Shown here one piece after another: positions 27,273 through 35,356 of a stretch of 64,000 nucleotides of DNA (its first letter is position 1; every line of letters begins with the position of its first letter). The notes beneath the pieces are model-generated. The model worked only from the letters and a program-made list of their open reading frames with translations, was not told where the DNA came from and did not search any database. The stretch covers positions 1,248 through 65,247 of the forward strand of contig JANPHP010000485.1 in NCBI GenBank assembly GCA_031424495.1, given 5' to 3'. The position numbers were made by a program, and so were the translations under genes. Source of the DNA: Bacteroidota bacterium (GTDB taxonomy: Bacteria > Bacteroidota > Bacteroidia > J057 > JADKCL01).

Positions 27273-28730
27273 ATGAAAAACACCGCATCTCACCTCGACA
27301 CCTTGCCTGCTCCGCCCATGCTCTCCAAAAAATGGCCGCTGCTCGGCCACGCCTTGGAGTTTGCCAAAGACCGCACCGCCCTCATCCAACGTGGGCAGGC
27401 AGCCTTGGGAAACATTTTTGCATTCAAACTTGCCACCAAAACGGCCATCGTCTTGAGCGGCCCCGAGTGGAATACCCTCTTCTTCAAAGAAACAGACAAG
27501 ACGCTCGACATGGCCAGACCCTACGGCTTTCTCAAGCCGATCACTGGCAACGTGAGTTTTGTGGCCGATCATGAGACCTATTTGAACCAAAAACCCTTGC
27601 TCTACGCGCCGTTTCAGCGGGAAAAGATGCTGCGTTACCTCGAAATCACCGAGCAAACCGTGCGCAGGTGGCTCGACGCGCTGCCGGACGAAGGCAGCAT
27701 GGAGCTCACCAAAACCATCACCCACCTTGTGCAGCAGGTAGCAGGCTACTCTTTTTTGGGTGCCAACTTCATGGAAAAAGCTGGCGATGATTTTTGGGCA
27801 GATTATGAGATCATCGGCAAGGCGCTCGACCCGCTGCTCAATCCCAATCTGCCGCTGCCCAAATTCATACGGCGTGACCGTGCGCGCAGGCGCATGGCCC
27901 GCACGCTCACACCCATTCTCGCAGAGCGCCGCGCATTCCCGTCGCGCTACGACGACCTCTTGCAAGACCTCATCAACACCGTCAAGGAAGATGGCGAGCC
28001 TGCAACCGATGCCGAATTGCTCAATTTCATCATCGCACTCATGTTTGCGGGCCACGAGACCACCGCAGGCCAAGCAGCTTGGACCATCATCCAATTGCTC
28101 GAGCATCCCGACTACCTCGCTCAGGTGCAGCAAGAACTCCACGATTATTTTCCCCACGGCAGCCATGTCGATGCGCGCACGCTCTCGACGCTCAAGCACA
28201 TGCGCTGGGCGATTGACGAAACCACGCGCATGCGTCCAAGTGCAGACATCGTGGTGCGCGTGACCAAAGAAGACATTGAAATCGGCGGCTATGCGATCCA
28301 AAAGGACACTCCGATCTTTTTGAATTCCAGCGCCTCCCATTTCATGGAAGACGTCTTCCCCAATGCGCAACAATACGATCCGGCACGCTTTTCTCCCGAA
28401 CGCAGCGAACACAAAGGGCACAAAAATGCCATCATGGGCTTTGGAGGCGGGGTACACAAGTGTCCGGGAATGAGTTTCGCGCAAAATGAGATGCTGGCGA
28501 TCACGGCATTGTTGCTGCAACAATTCGATCTCGAGTTGGTGACCCGCGACACCCATGCCCGGCTGGACCTCGGGGCAAGCCGCCCGAGCGAGACTTGGAT
28601 CAAATACAAGCGCAAGCCCGTTTCAGAAGCCGTGCCGACTGAGGTGATGCAAGCTGCCGTTGCGGCAGGCTGCCCGCACATGATGAAGGCAATGGCCGCC
28701 CAGCAAGCACTGCAACAGGTTGCAGTGTGA
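27273..28730 (+). CDS. cytochrome P450, CYP51-like
   Basis: The heme loop is FGGGVHKCPG, helix I is LMFAGHETTAG, and ExxR lies in AIDETTRMRP. The protein is colinear with M. tuberculosis CYP51 as I recall it (GHALEF..., LSGPEWNTLFF, LPLPKFIRRDRAR). The ATG at 27273 is preferred over the 27228 ORF start. Confidence 0.9.
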   Translation: MKNTASHLDTLPAPPMLSKKWPLLGHALEFAKDRTALIQRGQAALGNIFAFKLATKTAIVLSGPEWNTLFFKETDKTLDMARPYGFLKPITGNVSFVADHETYLNQKPLLYAPFQREKMLRYLEITEQTVRRWLDALPDEGSMELTKTITHLVQQVAGYSFLGANFMEKAGDDFWADYEIIGKALDPLLNPNLPLPKFIRRDRARRRMARTLTPILAERRAFPSRYDDLLQDLINTVKEDGEPATDAELLNFIIALMFAGHETTAGQAAWTIIQLLEHPDYLAQVQQELHDYFPHGSHVDARTLSTLKHMRWAIDETTRMRPSADIVVRVTKEDIEIGGYAIQKDTPIFLNSSASHFMEDVFPNAQQYDPARFSPERSEHKGHKNAIMGFGGGVHKCPGMSFAQNEMLAITALLLQQFDLELVTRDTHARLDLGASRPSETWIKYKRKPVSEAVPTEVMQAAVAAGCPHMMKAMAAQQALQQVAV

Positions 28731-28790
28731 GAATGGCGAGATTTCGCGCATGACAGTTGAGCGGAAAAATCGTGAAGGCTAGGCAATTGA

Positions 28791-28979
28791 CTGATTTCCA
28801 TTGGAACTACAGGTGCAGTGTCATTTTTTCTCCTGCGGATTGTGAACTTCACGACTTGCCTAGGCCTGCTGGCTGGGTATTATCAAGAAAAGTACAACAA
28901 CCACGTCTATGCCATCTTGGTACACATGGCAGGTAATTTTTTGGCGATCATCGCATCGTTTTCCTTACAAAATGGTTGA
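28791..28979 (+). pseudogene. 3' remnant of a CPBP (CAAX-protease-like) intramembrane protease gene
   Basis: A stop-bounded frame with no start codon reads LISIGTTGAVSFFLLRIVNFTTCLGLLAGYYQEKYNNHVYAILVHMAGNFLAIIASFSLQNG*. This resembles the last two helices of CPBP proteins, including the H-x3-N motif (VHMAGN). Confidence 0.4.
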
Positions 28980-29302
28980 CTTCTGACCAAGGCAACCTAC
29001 TGCATCATTGCTGCCGTTCATTAAATTGAGCGGAAGGGACATTCATGAAAAGTTGGCCAAAACGGCGCCGAATCCGCCCAGCCAAGGTGCAGCGGATTTG
29101 TAGTGATAACAGCCAATCAAAACACCAAAATTAGTTTGAGTTTCTAGCGCATTCGCAACGCAAAACACGAGAGTTGCTAACATGCCGTCAGAACATCCCC
29201 CAAGTTGCCCTTGACAAAAATTTGCATTTCGCTAAAATTACCGCAACATTGGCAGCGGTAATTGGTCCCAAAAAGGAAGTTAGTTCATCTATTTGTTGAG
29301 TT

Positions 29303-32300
29303 ATGAAGAAAATTTCATTGTTCACCCTCTTTTTCTGTGGGTTGGTGATGCTATATGGACAATCAGATAAGTCCTCAGGCGTCATTGTAGCCTCGGAGTT
29401 TCACGTAACACGTCCGCTTTCAGAGATTTTTGCAGAAAACCCTGTCGACGAAAGCAAAATCATCCACAAGGGTGAAGAATCTGAGGATCGCACCCACCGC
29501 ATCCCGACAAAATTCAAGAAAACTGTGGCCGACGGCCCAGCGTATGGCAACGACCCATCGACGGTGCAAGACAAGATGGGCCTCGTGCCAGGACAGCCAT
29601 TGCGAGCCAGTTTTGCAGGACAGGCTGCAAGTGGCTTTCGTCCATTTGACCCCAGTGGTGCTGTAGGCCCCAACCACTACATCCAAATGATCAACTCGAC
29701 GACCTTTAAGGTTTACAACAAGACCGGCTCAGTGTTGCTTACAGGCACCCTCGGCAACTTGTGGAGCCCCGCCACTGCCAATGCAGGCGACCCCATCGTG
29801 ATGTATGACAAAGCTGCTGACCGCTGGTTTTTGTCACAATTTGGCAGCTCGACCGATCGCAAGATCTTCATCGCGATCTCGACCACCAACAATCCACTTG
29901 GGTCTTACTACACCTATACTTATGTCTCGCCAGAATTTCCTGATTACCTCAAGTTTGGTGTCTGGCAAGATGGCTACTACATGACCTCCAACCAGAACAC
30001 GCAAAAGGTATTTGCCTTTGAGCGCACTGCGATGCTGGCTGGCACACCGGGTGCACGCGCCGTGTACACGAGCTATACCCCACCAAAATCTGGCTTCTTT
30101 GTACCCCTCGTGGGCGATGCAGCCGATGGCACATTGCCTCCTCCTGGCACACCTTGCCCGATCTTCTCCTACTCAGACAATGGCTGGGGCGCGAGCTATT
30201 TTGACCGGGTAAACATCTATAACATGACCGTAAACTGGGTGCCCACGACCCCGACGGCAACGATCACATTGGCAAGCAACCTGAACACGGCTGCTTTTGA
30301 TGGTTCCTATGACGTCAACTGGGATGACTGCCCACAACCTGGCACTACGCAAAAGCTCGACGGCATCGGCGGGGCCATGATGTACCGCGCACAATGGAAA
30401 ACATGGAGTGGCTACAACTCTGTCGTGCTCACATGGGCTGTCAAGATCAGCGCAACGCAACGCAGCATCAAATGGTGCGAACTGCGCCAAAGCCAGTCCA
30501 CTGGCACTTGGAGCATCTACCAAGAAGGCATCTATGCGCCTGATGCCAACACCCGCTGGATGGGTACGATGGCCATGGACAACAATGGCTCGATTGGCTT
30601 GAGCTATATCAAATCAAATGCGACTTCTATTTATCCTGGCCTCTACTACACGGGTCGCAGGTCATGCGATCCGCTAGGAACTTTGCCTGTGACCGAGACC
30701 GTGGTGATTGCAGGCACAGGCTCACAGACCGGCGGCGTGAACCGCGTCGGCGACTACGCGCAGACGACGCTGGATCCAGACGGGATCACTTTCTGGAGCA
30801 CGAGTGAATACATGGGCGGTGCAACTGGTGCCAATGCGGCAACTACGCGTATATTTTCCTACCAAATTACTCCTTGCAGCTCTGGCGCTACCGCAGGTGT
30901 CGCCATCGCACTTACCAGCGGTACCAACCCATCTTGCACAGGCGCATCGGTCACATTTACCGCCACACCTACCAATGGCGGCACCACGCCTGCATATCAG
31001 TGGAAAGTCAATGGCGTGAATGCTGGCACCAACGCACCGACCTTCACCACGACGACCCTCACCACGGGCCAAGTCGTCACTTGTGTGATGACCTCCAACC
31101 TCGTCGGAGCGCTCGGCAATCCTGCGACCTCCAACGCGATCACGATGACGATCAACTCGGCCGTCGCCCCAACCGTTTCCATTGCCCTCACCACAGGTAC
31201 CAACCCATCTTGCGCAGGCGCAGCCAAAACATTCACCGCTACCCCCACCAACGGCGGCACAACGCCCGCTTACCAATGGAAAATCAGCGGCGTGAATGCA
31301 GGCACCAACAGCAACACGTTTAGCACATCTGCACTCACCTCTGGCCAAATTGTGACTTGCGTTTTGACGAGCAACCTCGCTTGCGCCAGCCCCACCACTG
31401 CCACGAGCAGCGGCATCACCGCCTCATTTACTGCCGCTGTGACGCCAGCAGTGTCCATCGCCCTCACAGCAGGCACCAACCCCAGCGCAGCCGGTGCATC
31501 CGTGACCTTCACGGCCACCCCCACCAATGGCGGCACCACACCTGCCTACCAGTGGAAAGTGAACGGTGTGAACGCAGGTACCAACAGTGCCACATTCACC
31601 ACCACGACCCTCACCAATGGCGCGATCGTGACCTGCGTCATGACCTCCAATGCAGCTTGCCCTAGCCCTGCCACCGCAACCAGCAATGGCATCACGATGA
31701 CCATCACAGGCACGACCGGGCCTTGCACCGCAAGCACGACCAATGGCACGACGACCTTTGAGTACATCAGCAATGTGGTCATGGGCTCCATCAACAATGC
31801 CACCTCCAGGTCTTCCTACACCGACTACACCAGCCTCTCCACCAACGTGAGCGTGGGTACCGCTACCTCGATCACCGTCACCTTGGGCGCTGGCTATGCC
31901 TCTGACAAAGTGCTGATCTGGGTCGATTGGAACAACAACAACATCTTTACCGATGCTGGCGAAGCCGTCTATGTATCCGCTGCGGGAGTCGGACCATTCA
32001 CGACCACGATTACACCGCCAAGCGGTACCACCAATGGTGCAAAGCGCATGCGCATCCGCCTCACCGACAGTGGCAATGGCCCCAATCTCACGCCTTGCGA
32101 CGCCTCTACCTATGGTGAAGTCGAGGACTATACCCTCAACGTCGTCACCCCAGGCCCCTGCGCTGCTTCGACCACCAATGTGAATGCAGCGTCTTATGAG
32201 TACATCTCCAACGTGACTTCTGGCACGATCAACAACACGTCGACAGCAACTTCCTACACCGACTACAGCGCGATTTCGCGGAGCGTGGTGACGGGTACCG

Positions 32301-32881
32301 CATTTACGGTCACGGTTTCGATCGGCACACCTTTCTCCTCTGACAAAGTGCTGATCTGGTGTGACTGGAACAACAACGGCGTTCTTACTGACGCCGGTGA
32401 AGCTGTCTTTGCTTCCGCTACTGGCGTAGGCCCACATACCGCCACGATCACCGCGCCTGTGGGTACCTCTGTAGGTGCACATAGAATGCGCATCCGCCTC
32501 ACCGACACGGGAACTGGACCCAATGTCACTCCTTGCGGCGTATCATCCTACGGTGAAGTGGAAGACTATACGCTGAATGTGGCTGCTGCCAAATCGGGTG
32601 ACACCGGTCTGGCCGATGCCGAAAACAGTGCTACCGACCTGAGCAACACGATGGAGCTCACCATTTATCCCAATCCCAACAACGGTACCTTCAATGTGAA
32701 GTCGACCCAGTCAGGGACCTATTATTTGATGAATGAAATGGGCCAACTGATGCAGGCGATCACCTTGTCTTCCGACAATGGTTTTACCGCCAGCATCAAC
32801 AACCTGGCAGCAGGCGTCTACATCCTGTCTGGCCAAAACAAGAAAGGCATCACGAAGCAGAAAATCGTCGTGACGCATTAA
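29303..32881 (+). CDS. large T9SS-secreted surface protein: N-terminal ~520-aa domain, 3 Ig-like repeats, 2 GEVED domains, CTD
   Basis: It has a signal peptide and three 92-aa repeats (TFTATPTNGGTTPAYQWKVNGVNAGTN...TCVMTSN). Two ~140-aa domains end in YGEVEDYTLNV. The C-terminus is LTIYPNPNNGTFNVK...AAGVYILSGQNKKGITKQKIVVTH. Confidence 0.85.
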   Translation: MKKISLFTLFFCGLVMLYGQSDKSSGVIVASEFHVTRPLSEIFAENPVDESKIIHKGEESEDRTHRIPTKFKKTVADGPAYGNDPSTVQDKMGLVPGQPLRASFAGQAASGFRPFDPSGAVGPNHYIQMINSTTFKVYNKTGSVLLTGTLGNLWSPATANAGDPIVMYDKAADRWFLSQFGSSTDRKIFIAISTTNNPLGSYYTYTYVSPEFPDYLKFGVWQDGYYMTSNQNTQKVFAFERTAMLAGTPGARAVYTSYTPPKSGFFVPLVGDAADGTLPPPGTPCPIFSYSDNGWGASYFDRVNIYNMTVNWVPTTPTATITLASNLNTAAFDGSYDVNWDDCPQPGTTQKLDGIGGAMMYRAQWKTWSGYNSVVLTWAVKISATQRSIKWCELRQSQSTGTWSIYQEGIYAPDANTRWMGTMAMDNNGSIGLSYIKSNATSIYPGLYYTGRRSCDPLGTLPVTETVVIAGTGSQTGGVNRVGDYAQTTLDPDGITFWSTSEYMGGATGANAATTRIFSYQITPCSSGATAGVAIALTSGTNPSCTGASVTFTATPTNGGTTPAYQWKVNGVNAGTNAPTFTTTTLTTGQVVTCVMTSNLVGALGNPATSNAITMTINSAVAPTVSIALTTGTNPSCAGAAKTFTATPTNGGTTPAYQWKISGVNAGTNSNTFSTSALTSGQIVTCVLTSNLACASPTTATSSGITASFTAAVTPAVSIALTAGTNPSAAGASVTFTATPTNGGTTPAYQWKVNGVNAGTNSATFTTTTLTNGAIVTCVMTSNAACPSPATATSNGITMTITGTTGPCTASTTNGTTTFEYISNVVMGSINNATSRSSYTDYTSLSTNVSVGTATSITVTLGAGYASDKVLIWVDWNNNNIFTDAGEAVYVSAAGVGPFTTTITPPSGTTNGAKRMRIRLTDSGNGPNLTPCDASTYGEVEDYTLNVVTPGPCAASTTNVNAASYEYISNVTSGTINNTSTATSYTDYSAISRSVVTGTAFTVTVSIGTPFSSDKVLIWCDWNNNGVLTDAGEAVFASATGVGPHTATITAPVGTSVGAHRMRIRLTDTGTGPNVTPCGVSSYGEVEDYTLNVAAAKSGDTGLADAENSATDLSNTMELTIYPNPNNGTFNVKSTQSGTYYLMNEMGQLMQAITLSSDNGFTASINNLAAGVYILSGQNKKGITKQKIVVTH
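30899..31726 (+). repeat. 3 x 276-bp in-frame tandem repeat inside the large surface-protein gene
   Basis: Units start at 30899, 31175 and 31451 (period 276 nt = 92 aa). The protein level is well conserved while many synonymous positions differ. Confidence 0.85.
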
Positions 32882-32907
32882 GGTTTAGAAGACAATAGGT
32901 AATTTGA

Positions 32908-32942
32908 AATGGCGCTCGGCTTCGGTCGGGCGCCATTTTTTT
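32908..32942 (+). terminator. intrinsic terminator
   Basis: The hairpin aaatggcgctcggc-ttcg-gtcgggcgccattt is followed by a T7 run, 27 nt after the stop at 32881. Confidence 0.8.
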
Positions 32943-33265
32943 GGGTGGGGAATGGTTTTTGGTTTAGCCTGTACCTATTCGTTGGTTGGCGTGAATAGCT
33001 TACCTTTTCGTAGAAGCCCGCTTGCTGCATTTAGTTGCCCTTTCACGCCAGAATCCAGGGTTTTGCGTTGGCACCAAAGCCGGTATTGAAATGAGCCTAT
33101 GGCATTTGCAGCTCCTAGGTTGGTGATTGTTGCAGATACTGCGAAATATCAGGTGAAATCAGAATCGAATAGTAGCCGATCGACAGCAATAAAGCCGCGT
33201 TTCCCTCCTGATTTCCCTTCATCTTTCAAACCGAATGCAAGATCGATTTTAAACCGCAGCTCACG

Positions 33266-33946
33266 TTAAAATCGATACCCAAGCCCAAATTGCAGCGTGA
33301 GCATATTGCGAGTGGGGCGATTGGGGAATTCCAGAACCTGCGCTTGATGCAGGGCATGGCGATAAATGTATTGGGTGAATTTAAGTTCTCCACTGATGAC
33401 GAAATTCGAAATCAGGTCTTTCGTTCCCCTTGCTCCAGCAGTGATTCCGACGTCGCGCAAGTTGTAGCTGTAGGAGTTCACTTCGTAAGACGTCCGAGAA
33501 ATTAGGGTGTTTTCCTCTCCAATTCTGAAATTAACGCCAGCTATACCTGAAAGTGAATTGTGTCTATTGTGCAACAATTGCCGTTGATAGCAGGATTCAA
33601 AAAAGTATGCAACCCTGAAATTTATATCACCGGCTTGTCTTGGGTAGGTTCCATACCAATTGTTGATATTACAAATCGTCGTTGAGAGGATCAGCCCATT
33701 TTTTTCATCCAATTGCCTTGCATATTCTAGGCCAAAGGCTAGATTCATCCACCCAATTGATCCACTTGTTGGCCGTTGAACGATGGGGCTTTCATCAAAA
33801 AAATCATGTGAGGAAAGCAGTACACTAATCGTATTATACCTTTGTTTATGTGTGCTGCTGGAATCGCGAGCCTGGGCAAACAGGCCGTTGCATGCGAGTA
33901 GAAACATACTCGCTGGAACAAGGATCGAGATCAAATTACGTTTCAT
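33266..33946 (-). CDS. outer-membrane beta-barrel-like hypothetical protein (low GC)
   Basis: The signal peptide is MKRNLISILVPASMFLLACNGLFAQ. It has alternating amphipathic strands and a C-terminal LQFGLGYRF ending in Phe. Sampled lines give about 38% GC, against about 55% in the flanks. Confidence 0.6.
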   Translation of the reverse strand: MKRNLISILVPASMFLLACNGLFAQARDSSSTHKQRYNTISVLLSSHDFFDESPIVQRPTSGSIGWMNLAFGLEYARQLDEKNGLILSTTICNINNWYGTYPRQAGDINFRVAYFFESCYQRQLLHNRHNSLSGIAGVNFRIGEENTLISRTSYEVNSYSYNLRDVGITAGARGTKDLISNFVISGELKFTQYIYRHALHQAQVLEFPNRPTRNMLTLQFGLGYRF

Positions 33947-33965
33947 TGCCTTACAAGTTTAATGA

Positions 33966-34181
33966 TTATTGAATACTAATTACCTTGTTCGCCAAAGTCC
34001 GTGCAAGACCTGCGGCTTGCACCTGCAAAAAATACAATCCGCTGCCGAGGGTCGAAGGCAGGGGCAGGGCGATGGTGGCCTTGTCGCCTGCATGCAAGTC
34101 GAGCTTCTGGCTGGGCATGTCGAGACACAACTGGCTCGGTAAGAATTTTCTGAATTTCATCGGGATCAATTCTTGAAGCAC
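33966..34181 (-). pseudogene. probable orphan remnant of a T9SS C-terminal sorting domain
   Basis: The 71-aa ORF ends ...LDLHAGDKATIALPLPSTLGSGLYFLQVQAAGLARTLANKVISIQ, which looks like the last ~50 aa of a CTD. No cargo or signal peptide lies upstream. Confidence 0.4.
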
Positions 34182-34271
34182 AAATCTGCAACTTCAGGAT
34201 ATCCCAAAATAGGCAAGAATCTGTCCATACATCTGGGATGTAAATGGCATGGTCAAATATTTGCACCTGAT

Positions 34272-34867
34272 ATGGGCAGCTTTCTTGCTATCATTGCCCT
34301 AGGAATCAATACACTAAAAACGAAAAGCATCCACAGCGCATTCCTCCTACTCTTGATCGCGACCCTCTTTTTTACACACTGCAAAAAGGAAGAATCCTGC
34401 ACCGATGGCAAACTGAACCAAAATGAAAGCAGCATCGACTGCGGTGGCGTGTGCACAGCTTGCGCCACTTGTGCAGATGGCATCCGCAACCAAGATGAGA
34501 CGGATGTCGACTGCGGCGGCAGCTGCACTAATGTATGCAGCATCATTTCCAACCGCCAATCCTATACCACCGCCAACTCAGGCATCCCCAGTGATTACAT
34601 CGCCGATGTGCTTGAGGTGGGCGCCGCCATCTAGGTCGCCACCGACCACGGTGTCGGCGCGCTCGCCAACGGCATCTGGACCGTGAGCATGCAATATGGC
34701 TCAATGCAGGTGGACTCAGCAAATACGACAGCAATACTTGGACCCACTACACGACCGAAAACAGTGACAGCTACCTAGCAGGCACCCAAGCCTTTCTCAT
34801 CGACGCAAACGGCGTCCGCTGGGCCGGCACCAAGCAGGACGGTTTGATCTCATTCCAGTATCCGTAA
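34272..34867 (+). pseudogene. disrupted lipoprotein gene (2 Cys-rich DCGG repeats + regulator-propeller-like repeats) with in-frame TAG and a frameshift
   Basis: A lipoprotein signal ([13 protein letters not shown]) is followed by two repeats, [19 protein letters not shown] and [21 protein letters not shown]. The frame stops at TAG 34632-34634 within AAI*VATDHGV, where a Trp codon (TGG) would give the common IWVAT motif. Coding signal then continues in another frame from about 34690 (AIWLNAGGLSKYDSNTWTHYTTENS...VRWAGTKQDGLISFQYP*) to 34867. Confidence 0.5.
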
Positions 34868-35060
34868 AGCGCGATCAAGGCGAATTACCCTAGAAACATC
34901 ATCCTAAAGCCCAAGGAAGATGCACCAGCAAGTGCTAATGATAGGCTGTTGTATTATTGCCATGAATGATCAGCATCGCCTCCAACGGCTCTCCACGCTC
35001 AATTCTTCACTCACACTGAAAATTCTCTCGCTCTCACACTCCACACTCACTCTGAAAAAG

Positions 35061-35132
35061 TAGCCCCGCCAAGGATCGAACTTGGATCTGGTATTTAGGA
35101 AACACCTGTTCTATCCATTGAACTACGGGGCC
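35061..35132 (-). tRNA. tRNA-Arg (anticodon CCU)
   Basis: The minus strand reads GGCCCCGTAGTTCAATGGATAGAACAGGTGTTTCCTAAATACCAGATCCAAGTTCGATCCTTGGCGGGGCTA. It folds with a 7-bp acceptor stem (one G-U), a D arm GTTC/GAAC, an anticodon stem GGTGT/ATACC with loop TTCCTAA, and a T arm CCAAG-TTCGATC-CTTGG. CCA is not encoded. Confidence 0.9.
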
Positions 35133-35356
35133 AATTGGAGAACGGCTGCAAAGTTGCGAACAATTCTACCGACTGCCAAACCGCTGGGCTGTATTTTTTG
35201 GCGAATGAAGGGCGATTCAAGCCAGATGGTTCAGCCTAGCCCCGGGAAAGCTAGCTCGATAGGAATAGGAAGCCTGTCGCGTTAGTAACCGCAGAGCATG
35301 CCCCGCTCGCCACCAACCTTCGCCATTCGTCCTGAAAATTCCCGTAAATTGGCGAC

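Noticed and set aside
27207-28556. 449-aa minus-strand ORF
   Set aside because: It is antisense to the cytochrome P450 gene, which carries the heme loop and ExxR motifs. It has no motifs of its own and is a shadow ORF.
27273-28730. The P450 considered as part of a sterol-biosynthesis gene cluster
   Set aside because: No squalene monooxygenase, oxidosqualene cyclase, sterol reductase or methyl-oxidase genes are in the window. The GMC oxidoreductase and the geranylgeranyl-reductase-family genes are 11-24 kb away in unrelated contexts.
30722-32482. Several 150-350-aa ORFs in other frames or on the other strand (30722..31348, 31424..32482, 30874..31323 and others)
   Set aside because: All fall within the repeat and GEVED region of the large surface-protein gene. 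Its biased codon composition suppresses stop codons in alternative frames. Their translations are Gly/Arg/Cys/His low-complexity strings.
33256-33268. 13-nt identity (gcagctcacgtta) with 42094..42106, considered as a dispersed repeat
   Set aside because: On the order of a hundred chance 13-mer matches are expected within 64 kb on both strands, and the flanks do not extend the match.
34632-34634. The in-frame TAG considered as stop-codon reassignment or programmed readthrough
   Set aside because: TAG terminates ordinary genes in the same window (for example 11079-11081), and a frameshift lesion lies about 60 nt downstream. A pseudogene or sequencing error is the simpler reading.
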